From positions 1 to 38,050 of IMG/VR virus record IMGVR_UViG_3300032324_000105: a DNA stretch of 38,050 bases; one strand, given 5' to 3'. The stretch is from a virus. Its lineage: Duplodnaviria > Caudoviricetes. The notes beneath the pieces are model-generated. The model was given only the letters and a program-made list of their open reading frames with translations. It was not told where the DNA came from and ran no database searches. Of the stretch, positions 28,201 through 34,398 are shown one piece after another; the stretch's first letter is position 1, and every line of letters starts with the position of its first letter. Both the position numbers and the translations under genes were made by a program.

Positions 28201-30495
28201 AATTGGAGTGTTTAAATCTTTTGATGCATTTAGAATAATTGAATTTAAATGGTCATTAATTTCAGCATAGCTTAAAAATTCAGGAAAATCGTTCGTAGGA
28301 TTGTTTACTAAATTAATTGGTGTCTCATAGTAGCCTTCTTCTTTTTTATCATAAGTTGGCAATGCCTTGACCACTATTACATCGTTTTTAGCTAATACTG
28401 CTGACAACGTAATAAAAAACGAATCAAACGCCGTATCAATTCTAACGTCAAACTCTGTTGCTGTTAACTGTTTTCCATTTTTAAAAACTCTCACATGATC
28501 TTTGGGAGTTCTAATGTCAATACTGTCAAACTCAAATGCATCTTCACCACCAAGTGCAACACGTTGATCAATAATTTCTTGAATTGATAATTTATTACAT
28601 TTTACCCAACCATTGACATAGCTGTTATTTTCTTTTAAAAATCCGTTTTTTGTACTGCCCACAACAACTTGTTCGTTAACAAAATATTCAAATGTATCTT
28701 CTGATAAACAATTTTCAAAGGTATATCCGCCAACATTAGAAACAGTTTTATAAACTAACGGAAATCCTAAAATGCTATCGTTAGTACCAACACCAATTTG
28801 ATAACCAAATACTCTAGACCCAGAAAAGTTTGTATCTTTGTAGACATCACTATTAGAAAAACTTATACCGTTAGAGTCAAATACATCAAACAAAGGATTT
28901 TGGTTGATCTGCTCTTTTTGTTGCGACTTTATCCATTCGCCGTTTTTATAAACCCAAGATGTTCTACCATTTTTAATACCAGTAATAACCAATAGACCAT
29001 CATCTAAATTTGGCAGTGAGTCTGCTGTTTCTTCTAAGTGTAATTTTTTAACGCCGTTGATATCAATGAACTGCACTTGATATATTTTGTTTTTTACATC
29101 CAAGTCAGTATCTGATAGGAACACAATTCTGTTTCCATCTTCTAATGCTCTTCCGTCAATATAATAGCCCAATGATCCTTCAATACTACTAAATGCATCT
29201 GTAACTGTATCATCTAAAAAATTAACATACTTTGTTATTTTAGAAAAATTAAACAGTTGCATATTTGGTCGGAACTCAATAATAGGACGCTGTGCCCTAT
29301 CAAATGACGTAAATGTTGGATCAGTGCTGTTTAACAAAGCACTTGTGTTTACTACATCAATATGGAACCATCTGTTATATCTACTCCATGGATTCTTATC
29401 TTCACTTGCTCGGTTAATTAAGATGTAATCAGGATTAACAGGATATTCTGAAACTTCATCAAACGGTAGTTCATCAAATGATGTTTCATCAAATGATGTT
29501 TCAACAATGGTTGAATACCCTTCTATTGTAAGAAGACTATTGTAATCAACTAAAGTAATACTGTTGCCTACTCCTTCAACAATATAAGTTTTATCTCGAT
29601 ATTTTTCAGGAAATACTGTATCTGAAAATACAATTTTCATTCCATTTGACAAATGTATACCGTCTTTGATTTCATAGGTCTTTTTACCTATAATTTCATT
29701 TTCAACATCTAACTCTGTATTGTCCTTTTGATCTCTAATTAAAAATCTGCCAAAAAGTGTATTGTCATTTCCGTTAACATAGAACAATGTGCTTGGTGTG
29801 CTTTCTACTACATTGAAAATAACAGACCCAGATGTTGCTCCGTTATTTTGTACGCCATCCCAAGAATCAACATCACCACTGCTTCTTTTGTTTTTAATAT
29901 AGAAAGACTGATCTACTGTGTCAACTTCAAATATATAGGTAAATCCTCTGTACAATGTAATTGTTGGATTAACTGCAATCTCATTGGTACTAAAATTCCA
30001 ATTGTCATCAACAATTTTTACTTTGATTGTACTAGTGACTTCTTTTTCTTTTCCGCTGATTCTAACAGTTGATGGTCCGTTAGGTAGCCAAACATAATTT
30101 CTAAAATTAACAAATTTATCTAAATCAATAAAAGTATTCCAAGCATAGCTTTGCTGTCTAAACAACTTGTCTTGATTACTAGTGTCTGCATTGAAGTACT
30201 TTAAACTATTAATAATGTCTTCAAAAGTTTTATTAAATTCGACTTGATCCGTGACCGCATTTTTTATTACGATTCCTGGTTCTAACTCATACCGGTTTCT
30301 TAAATCAGACCCCTCATTAATATAGGAATCTATTCCAGGCTTATAATTTCCAACAATTTTATCACCAATAAATCCGTCAACTTTCTTTAATACTGGTTTT
30401 TCAATTAATTGGTCTATTGTCCCAGTTAAGAACTTTTCATTTGCATTTGTTCTAAAAATTACTGGAAGTAAGTCTACTGATTTTCTTTTACTCAT
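16252..30495 (-). CDS. Giant (4747 aa) multidomain baseplate/virion structural protein
   Basis: Uninterrupted 14.2 kb ORF directly downstream of the gp6-like gene (the T4 gp7 position). Contains FG-GAP-like propeller blades, CBM5/12-like repeats, PG.GY...P repeats and Ig-like V..NG......DY repeats. Confidence 0.85.
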   Translation of the reverse strand: MSKRKSVDLLPVIFRTNANEKFLTGTIDQLIEKPVLKKVDGFIGDKIVGNYKPGIDSYINEGSDLRNRYELEPGIVIKNAVTDQVEFNKTFEDIINSLKYFNADTSNQDKLFRQQSYAWNTFIDLDKFVNFRNYVWLPNGPSTVRISGKEKEVTSTIKVKIVDDNWNFSTNEIAVNPTITLYRGFTYIFEVDTVDQSFYIKNKRSSGDVDSWDGVQNNGATSGSVIFNVVESTPSTLFYVNGNDNTLFGRFLIRDQKDNTELDVENEIIGKKTYEIKDGIHLSNGMKIVFSDTVFPEKYRDKTYIVEGVGNSITLVDYNSLLTIEGYSTIVETSFDETSFDELPFDEVSEYPVNPDYILINRASEDKNPWSRYNRWFHIDVVNTSALLNSTDPTFTSFDRAQRPIIEFRPNMQLFNFSKITKYVNFLDDTVTDAFSSIEGSLGYYIDGRALEDGNRIVFLSDTDLDVKNKIYQVQFIDINGVKKLHLEETADSLPNLDDGLLVITGIKNGRTSWVYKNGEWIKSQQKEQINQNPLFDVFDSNGISFSNSDVYKDTNFSGSRVFGYQIGVGTNDSILGFPLVYKTVSNVGGYTFENCLSEDTFEYFVNEQVVVGSTKNGFLKENNSYVNGWVKCNKLSIQEIIDQRVALGGEDAFEFDSIDIRTPKDHVRVFKNGKQLTATEFDVRIDTAFDSFFITLSAVLAKNDVIVVKALPTYDKKEEGYYETPINLVNNPTNDFPEFLSYAEINDHLNSIILNASKDLNTPIDRNNLRDLANLDKYGRRFVQHDGLIAMAGALLANKEYNLIHSLRWSALEYQRYKILILQKFTELAEYADISDALDKIILSIANDKTPASMFYYSDMLPFGLNKRDYTYTVNDANIRAYAYGSEIYDRYAFGKKAVLVYVNGEQLLIDKDYSFDLNNPLVRFVNTLAVNDTILIRVFNNIHGAVMPMSPTKLGLYPSFEPAIYLDDTYIESTQVIQGHDGSITVCFGDDRDQLLLELEKRIYNNLKVEYDPRILDVNEILPSIFRKTGYTSEQFDNAIEDEFLKWIGIYSIDYRANENEIYLNNFGFKYLNSNGIIDRNSFITGSWRKVYKQYYDTDRPHTNPWEMLGFYKKPTWWEAEYGPAPYTSGNDVMWKDLEQGYIRSGFRKGYDEKYARPGLSNIIPVDSYGSLKDPIQTNAVKDFDYSARYTEWSFGDMGPAETAWRRSDIYPFAVQIAMALIMPAKYATLGFDTSRNIFNIANQIVYKDSLERIRPADLKVFSNTIDNTFVYATGYHPYIVENLRQRFSNPAFKLQDYLNRIQSNLIYKVGGFTSKDKFRVALETVTSYKTVDKVYVPEENYQLVLSTGSPTKTLTMSGIIVERTEAGYMVRGYDSNSPYFTIKKAIRATNDPVISVGGVTEPFIYWSSNATVNAGLVVANGQQYYRAISTHLTKQAFEPGLYYPLPYLPTVGGVEAFVATSFEDVDTIVPYGTKYNSIQDVFDFILGYGEQVKSAGFKFENLLPELDVIADWKLAGKEFLFWSLQNWSTSSVISLSPFAEKIYFTSENSVVDDLYDSFYDYTLLKADGTSIDRNKVSVTRQEGSFIIDTAGSTDGVYFVKISLVQKEHVVVFDNKTIFNDLIYEPTSGYRQKRFKIKGFMTDGWKGDFYIPGFVYDSAKINDWEPNIDYEIGNVVRFQTKYYQANARTLAREIFNYEDWTLLGKQPVAQLLPNFEYKISQFEEFYSLDSVNFDNSQQKYAQKLIGYVPRTYLNSLIPDESSQYKFYQGFIREKGTTLPLEKFAVANNSATGAHISLQEEWAIRLGTFGGENSYEEIEFTLDQNKLNQDPQIFEFEYDDLKSSLDKAYKVPLSEMQIRPAEYNGRPWPTLDVSPVNGNGYTQYQKIPSAGYVRLDDVVFTGLYENNILTLSSSASLREGDTIWVAIDNSGNWGVKRYTLSPVTIINYTVDNANNLISFNTDIAHKLKLRDFVSISRLDDPLNGVYEVIGIPDGTTFVVKTAFNDVPVASEILSGSMYYFSTSRFSKLDDLASIPGLARWQNCEFVWVDDVGDGTWAVLEKEANTKALPIRPRINQSGQKFGNTTIIAPVSKNIIVSATELERGRVYIYERNALGSEDVILHQSYLLEENFSDILTIQDVKNGVGVPEMQRLHGASLDCWENTSLSIRYIVSGAPNSSNAKWKILGETVEPIRKVLEFNKVSSELFEEGAIKIVKFNNDFDAYRTELVLASPIAQADAKFGYKVKFVGSDKPTLLVSAPGQDGGLGAIFVYYLDSSNLWQVYTVGGNPYNLRSGVVNITSKSNFGSDIVSNKDGTILAVSAPDHVKDRTQVHSGAVFIFRKDAGSYSYQLSQTIYADDYLESNDLLLKGVVKSYNTVAQIISFQSSDNSLVRNFGSFIADGFRIGQSVIITGSTNTGNNGEFVISELSVLRMAFKPLRLLSDETATTTITITGQGTIRNDRFGDKMSMSADGTTLLISSDHSSTEKLDAGLVYVLKLQSNSSYALDQKITSPATETGELFGSNLALSDDGKTLLVTAIGGGQATPVAFDTYTERYVDSEERYGSEYALNPTSTAAALRTTFDSGSTRFVSRATASGAVYLYQRLGTKYVFGESLISGDSASFDGYGTGIATDGEFMLVGAPKYDLKVIGTLEDSNQLTTYTDSGTVVIFDKKRDIDQACGCGSSWSWSKVRVQEAIIDIDKIKKVISYDNNTLEIIDNYEIYDPVKGKLPSKVLNEIKYIQPFDPAIYTVALETSAKVRVDNKTTWLDDHVGEVWLDTSTLRFVWYEQGNNEFRSNNWGKLFPGSTVDVYEWVKSDFRPSEWAQLADTTDGLALGVSGQPLNPDNTVLSINQYFDPVVNDFVNVYYFWVRNKITLPDLAFRNMSSFDCARIIEDPKGQGIKFASFLGTNSLSLTNAKKSLNGDKINIDVYYQTSEKEINRHSHWQLINENITYLNLDPSIENKLIDSLVGQDVAGNPVPDTALSPKLRYGTSYRPRQSWFKDRDLALKIMIEYVNDVLLKHDIVGKSNLTDLEQVEDYPSISLGQYDEVIELSDEISLVGTNGKAQTKLSATVVNGKIVRVNIVDPGNGYKVAPTVQIYGTGQGAKIQTAIDLNGRVVSVRILNQGYGYTETPRLIARPYSVLTILDTEINKWAIYQYKNKSFVRESTQTVNVPKYWSYVDWVDPSYAVDIPATYATNFISDLESFIFETGSTVEIRTPGDGRRIIVRKTTAGTGNYLDDYDLVFRENGTVQFNNKLYDKTAAGLGFDNVTRYDQGGFDETNTIELRIILNAIKDNIFVGNLVSYWKKFVFVAIRHVLSEQLFVDWVYKTSFITPLVDAGTLDQDDVYRFNDFGYVEDFIKEIKPYKSKFRESTVSYNTIEKIGVGVTDFDLPAYVDSITGAIKLPTTAMINNVYPYKHWGENYGFTVSDIRIGLLGQNYITPPIVTIVPVGGDTGTGATAIAKISNGKLSSIIVTNPGSGYLTTPKVILTGGSNYLTDFVNGSAYAVLSNSKVRSNQIQMKFDRTSDIGLYTGEILNRNIDTDGITLNYVLTYPSTSTDTNYPALQDESTIKLFLNDAEIGADNYRITFRNDLSTVITFNLALPARQNLRIQYIKNTLYTVDTFTQSSGESYTDTFKLTFPPDLDTDKIIVRELNSSTNTGSEIITSDYLIQLRQIIENGFTKYVGYIKFKNIPNPGSTIKVQYAKNINIQNAVDRIITSYYPTANMPGKDITQLIKGVEFGGVEIQGLNFTVSSGWDGLPWFTQGWDTFVNSYRDLLVISDGTTTTYDLGYTPLLGTKINVYFAGVRVDDENYGTVDQTNNNALFKTITTSGSTSTLTLPQVPASGVKIEIRQELSDGVNLPTDDIVLDTNITGGDFSTISDAGEIRFRTATGLSATDISLDGGEFLSVEHSPSTEELVKGEIFDTLSMTVFNSPGAGSNLISTKQFIMDGSTMQFVIQDTIGSGQEIFVLIGNFVAKENTDYTLTSNVNGTTTVTIITNEYGVDQLSATNTLALTVQKTTIGGSSILSRFSYTMTNADASATSFEIPSDINYQDIGSYYISISNNSSLTKAAGRSKRAKIIITNTPTLSAGTVINILLFGSTVKTYSEIYNQEIVINNNTTYTLTKPPGNIAPLHVMAAVTRLISSTEDWKGPWLENVYYTINDTVLYNNVSYICKIGHTSTQTNSELEFPAWANAVSYDVDDIVSFSGQYYICKTTHTSNTTTLTPENIVYWGVHITNRPDEDTARIYWNLAPTQRMMPPETEYYEVTQNSQTFRLGENIPYLTRTLSISDIEVYKNGKITVVGRDYEFDTVNNTITMSSGVAQVGDVIAVCVLRDSDYVIFGNQITFRSPSKIQVGQRVSVVTYTNHDENLIRREVFKTNPNRNEYKLSRPVYNINNVWVDVNGRPLIPNYDYQVVDKDYIQISNRFTLGNNDRVVVTSISDIVSSEAVSYRMFKDMTNAVQFKRLSKNSTVTLTKALLSTDREIEVSDTSIFGVVNVNNPKPSSVFIAGERIEFRSIVGNKLTNLTRGTLGTGVADSYPVGTKAFNVGNNETIPYREGYTIKTYKTPENYKFNQTTNTYQQYVNSTWVNVATVASYTLTDFAFNDTIGLEDQVTVYMAGKVLTKPVRGNNELIKHDFSITHNSNEVNSQGQSGDLIAAPDFIIEKVGNNYVLTVNPAVLSLNSDSTVISDVDIKVVQRIGKIWYTLGGTTTIQQESTPQARFLQEFTSELPDKYYYGKLS
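29456..29503. repeat. 15-bp tandem repeat encoding ETSFD-ETSFD-ELPFD
   Basis: TCATCAAATGATGTT occurs exactly twice (29471-29500), with a degenerate copy at 29456-29470. Confidence 0.85.
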
Positions 30496-30498
30496 TTT

Positions 30499-33400
30499 TT
30501 ATCCGTTACTAGAAACGACAATTGGGCCATTAGTTTTAATAAGTCCTGATGTTACTGTATTAATTATTTCTAAGTCACCCACGTCAGCTGTACTTAAGAA
30601 GATTTCATCAGCTTGGCAAAACACTTGGAATAAACTACCAAAATATTTTTCTGGAGCACTTGGTACTATTAAAAAGTTTACTACGTCTGGGCTTAGTTGT
30701 TTAATAACATAAGCACTTAATTCTCCAAAATTAAACGTATCTCCAAAGTCCCAGTTATCTAAACTGAAGTATTCATTAATAGCAACAATAACTCTAGATT
30801 TTATGTCATTATCATTGGTTACAGATTTTGAATTTTTAACAATGAAAAACTTAGCTTGCAAATCGACATTAGCTCCTGTGCCAAATAACAACTTATATTT
30901 GGCAGGATGATAAACTACTTCATCACTAATTGATTTAACTGAATTTAATCCAGAACTAAATTGTTCAAATAATTCATTTGAACTAGGAGCTCTTGGTGGC
31001 TCGCCATTTTGTGTTAGTAACCAAGAACGCAATAGATCATCATAATTTTTTGTTAGCAAATAAACATCGATAATGTTAGTCTTGCAAGGATCAATTCGAT
31101 AGTCTTGACTTGCATTATGTATGTATTGGAACGTTAATCCAGAGCGACCTGGATACGCAACTATGCTGTTGTCTAATACTAAACTAAAAGAACTATCTAA
31201 AACTTTAATAACATTTTCTGTAGTAGAATAGAAGTAAAATAATTGTCCTGGCAAATAGTTGTTCAAGTTAGGCACATCTAACTCACTATTAAATGTTGTA
31301 ACTAGTGAACTGTCAACAATTTTTTTGTAAACTTGGTCATTAAGTTGTACGCTTTGTACAAACACAAAAGAACGTTTAGTTCCAAGTATTGGATCAAGTA
31401 AATCAGTTTTAACAACATTTTCAAATGAATCAGGATCATCAACAATTCCGTCACCTGTATCATCTGAGAAAGAAACATTAATTCTATTGTTATCTAAGTA
31501 CCCATCAACATTTGAAATCATGTTAGTAATTTCAAATTTAAAATCTGAGCCCAACGCAAGCCCTGTTTCAAGGTCTTCATTAATTGAAAGCACAGTTACA
31601 AAATCAGTTGCAGTGCCGCCCAACTTGCTGGTGTATTTTTTGTCCTGTTCATTAAAATAAAAACTTATTTCTTTTTCACTTTGGAATATATACTCTAAAC
31701 CTCGATAGTAAACAATTACATTGTCTCCGTCATTTTTGAATGCAATTAGCCAACTAGCATCTAAACCTAAATTACTAATGTCACCTGAATAAGTTGTGCT
31801 AAAAGTATCAGCGTAATCAATATTATTAGAGTTGATAATTTTCCACTCTCCAACATTCCTATCATATCGCAAACCAAAATCTCTTCTTAAAGAAATTTGA
31901 TTAACTATCTCAGTTTCAAAAGCAAATGGAATATCTGTAACAAATACTGGTATAACTTCTGAAGGAATAGCGCCACTTGGTACTGGTGTAGAAATTCCAA
32001 CAAGCCCTACACCAAGGTCGTCAGTACCTGTGCCTAAATTACTACCATCACCTGATGTATAGGAAACTTCTGACCAAATATAATCTTTAGTATTTTTTGT
32101 CTTAATTGACGTTAATGTATTATTTGGTGCAAAGTACTTGCCTGTTGGTGGGACAAATTTTACCAGTGCTTCTGATTTAATAAACCGCAATGTTGATTGT
32201 GTGTATTGTCCAATCCCAACTGCTTGAAGAGTTGCATTACTTTTAAAATATCCTGTTGCAAGATTAGGCAGTACTGATACATTTTGCCAGCTGGCTCCAA
32301 TCTCACCAATTTTTAATCTATCAAATTGTTGGTAATAAAAATCTCTTGTTGACTCTTTTGCAAGTAGAGGTTCAATTAGAGTTTTCATAATACCATAAAC
32401 TTCATTTTTAGTGTTAAATTTAAAGTTAAAACTGGTTGTATAATCATTCCTATAAAGAGCACCGTCTGTACCAAACAAGTTAATTGAACTAGAACGCCCT
32501 GTAGGATCAGTCAATTCAAAATATCTACTAATACCAGAACTTGTTCTGTTAATTGCTTTAACTTTTACAACTTGCTGATTGTTAGTTAGAGGAACAATAT
32601 TATAATCTTCCCCGGTGATCATTCTATTTTGTGTATAATAAACTTGCGGGGCTTTTTGTTTAATACTATCGTTGGTTTCTGATGCGGCACTATTTGACAC
32701 GCTTCCTTTTAGTCCTAGATTCATAGTCAACGTTTGTGGCTGTCCAGCTCTGTTTACAAAAGGAAATCTAATTTGAACGTTGTCTAAATCTTGGGGAGTA
32801 ATCACATAACTCAACCCGTTACTTGTTCTATAGTAAAGTCTAAAATTTCCATTAGGAAGTTTACCAAAAACACCATCGCTAAAGTTTAAATCAATTTGAT
32901 CGTTTTCTCTTGTATTAACACTATAAAAACTTTTAACTTTATTTTTTACACTGTTGTAAATTGCATTAGTGCCTGTAACACTATCTAGCTTTGTCCATAG
33001 ATTTGATAATGTATTGTTAGCGTCAATCTCATACAACCAAACATCTGTGTCATTAATATTTTGAATGTCAACGCCAACAATTTCGTTGGCCACAGGGTTA
33101 GTTAAAGAGAAGTCTGAATTTTGTAGAGTTCCTTCTTTAAACATAACAAACCAGCCGCTATTGGTGCTAGAGCTTCCTTTGTTGTCGTTTCTGTACATTA
33201 CTCCAAATGTTCCACCAAGAGTTGGTGCTTCCTCACCAATGTCAGTTCTATTAATAATACTAGAACTTACAAGTTCAAATGACATTGGAATTCCACCAAT
33301 TGTTTTACTAAACGTAAACAATGGAACATCAGTTGTATTTGCTCTTAAGTTATATTGTTCAGTAGGGATACCATTAATTGATCTGCTGGCATTTGGCTTG

Positions 33401-33909
33401 CCAAAGATCGCAGTGTCCATTGCAGAGTTCATCACTAGAGTAAACTGTGAGTACCAGTCTCTGTTGGTAGAATCATTCCAAGAAATTACTCTATTGGCAA
33501 GGTTTGTTCCATTAGCATCATTTAGATTGTCTGTTGTACTTACAGAATTAACTTTTAATAATCCTTTAGAAGATTGTGTTCTTTTAGGATTATAACTGAT
33601 CAACTTGGCTAGTTTTAAAATACTGTCTCTTCTTTGAGCAGTATCTAAAAAGTTTTCACGTGCATTCAAATCAATGCGGAAGCTCAAACTTTGCGCCAAG
33701 AACGCAATCATGTCTATTAACGCAACATATTCACTGCTGTCAATATAGTCGTTAAAACTTTCAGGGAAGTTTTGACGAAGGTATTCAATCATACTACGAC
33801 GAATCGTCTCAAAATCGTAGGATTTAAAGTCAGCATTTTGGAACGTTTGATAAATCTTGGTCCAATCCTCGCCAACTAATAAATTATTTTGTCTTTCTGT
33901 GCTAGCCAT
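30499..33909 (-). CDS. Baseplate wedge subunit, T4 gp6-like
   Basis: DFETIR..M..YL...F.DY..SS...LID..A....L....D....ENFL.TA.RR.S...LA...SY.P, F.DG..G..P, G....ET...IK..AP..Y..QNR.IT..DY; follows gp25. Confidence 0.9.
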   Translation of the reverse strand: MASTERQNNLLVGEDWTKIYQTFQNADFKSYDFETIRRSMIEYLRQNFPESFNDYIDSSEYVALIDMIAFLAQSLSFRIDLNARENFLDTAQRRDSILKLAKLISYNPKRTQSSKGLLKVNSVSTTDNLNDANGTNLANRVISWNDSTNRDWYSQFTLVMNSAMDTAIFGKPNASRSINGIPTEQYNLRANTTDVPLFTFSKTIGGIPMSFELVSSSIINRTDIGEEAPTLGGTFGVMYRNDNKGSSSTNSGWFVMFKEGTLQNSDFSLTNPVANEIVGVDIQNINDTDVWLYEIDANNTLSNLWTKLDSVTGTNAIYNSVKNKVKSFYSVNTRENDQIDLNFSDGVFGKLPNGNFRLYYRTSNGLSYVITPQDLDNVQIRFPFVNRAGQPQTLTMNLGLKGSVSNSAASETNDSIKQKAPQVYYTQNRMITGEDYNIVPLTNNQQVVKVKAINRTSSGISRYFELTDPTGRSSSINLFGTDGALYRNDYTTSFNFKFNTKNEVYGIMKTLIEPLLAKESTRDFYYQQFDRLKIGEIGASWQNVSVLPNLATGYFKSNATLQAVGIGQYTQSTLRFIKSEALVKFVPPTGKYFAPNNTLTSIKTKNTKDYIWSEVSYTSGDGSNLGTGTDDLGVGLVGISTPVPSGAIPSEVIPVFVTDIPFAFETEIVNQISLRRDFGLRYDRNVGEWKIINSNNIDYADTFSTTYSGDISNLGLDASWLIAFKNDGDNVIVYYRGLEYIFQSEKEISFYFNEQDKKYTSKLGGTATDFVTVLSINEDLETGLALGSDFKFEITNMISNVDGYLDNNRINVSFSDDTGDGIVDDPDSFENVVKTDLLDPILGTKRSFVFVQSVQLNDQVYKKIVDSSLVTTFNSELDVPNLNNYLPGQLFYFYSTTENVIKVLDSSFSLVLDNSIVAYPGRSGLTFQYIHNASQDYRIDPCKTNIIDVYLLTKNYDDLLRSWLLTQNGEPPRAPSSNELFEQFSSGLNSVKSISDEVVYHPAKYKLLFGTGANVDLQAKFFIVKNSKSVTNDNDIKSRVIVAINEYFSLDNWDFGDTFNFGELSAYVIKQLSPDVVNFLIVPSAPEKYFGSLFQVFCQADEIFLSTADVGDLEIINTVTSGLIKTNGPIVVSSNG

Positions 33910-33930
33910 TATTCGTCAATCTCCGATATT

Positions 33931-33940
33931 CATATTTATC
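33931..33940 (-). promoter_or_regulatory. Late-promoter-like box (GATAAATATG)
   Basis: ATAAATA at 33933-33939 on the - strand, upstream of a GGAG RBS and ATG 33909. Confidence 0.6.
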
Positions 33941-33963
33941 GTAATTAAAATATGCTTACTTAA

Positions 33964-34398
33964 TTACTCAGTGATCAAACCTAACTCTTTGTCAAATGTC
34001 AACTTAAGGACAGATGACAAATTGTCTGTTTGATATCTCAATGTTATTTCTAATAATATTCCACTTTGAAATTCATCAACCTTAATATCTTCAGCGATGA
34101 CTCGTGGATCATTTTGTATGATCTGTTTGATGTCATCAGATATTGCATTTCTAAGGTCTTCAGTCAATGGTTCAAATATGGCGTCCCATATAATGGTGCC
34201 GTAGGTTGGGTTCATTACTCTTTCACCCTTCCTTGTATTAAAATGATTTATGATATCCTGTCTAATACATTCAATATCATATATCTTAAAATTTTGTGAG
34301 GCTTTTGCGCTACTAAAACCTTTATAGATATGCGCAGTGCGTACCCCATAATTCATAGTGGTAGCAGTTGGTTTTATTACTAGTTTTTTAATAGCCAT
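33964..34398 (-). CDS. Baseplate wedge subunit, gp25/GPW-like
   Basis: D...I..DI.N.F.TRKGER.M.P.YG..I...IFEP and I..DPRV motifs; TAATG overlap with the spike gene. Confidence 0.92.
   Translation of the reverse strand: MAIKKLVIKPTATTMNYGVRTAHIYKGFSSAKASQNFKIYDIECIRQDIINHFNTRKGERVMNPTYGTIIWDAIFEPLTEDLRNAISDDIKQIIQNDPRVIAEDIKVDEFQSGILLEITLRYQTDNLSSVLKLTFDKELGLITE

Noticed and set aside
33941-33967. 8-bp inverted repeat GTAATTAA/TTAATTAC at the gp25 stop
   Set aside because: It is AT-rich with a long loop and no U-tract; too weak to call a terminator and possibly chance.
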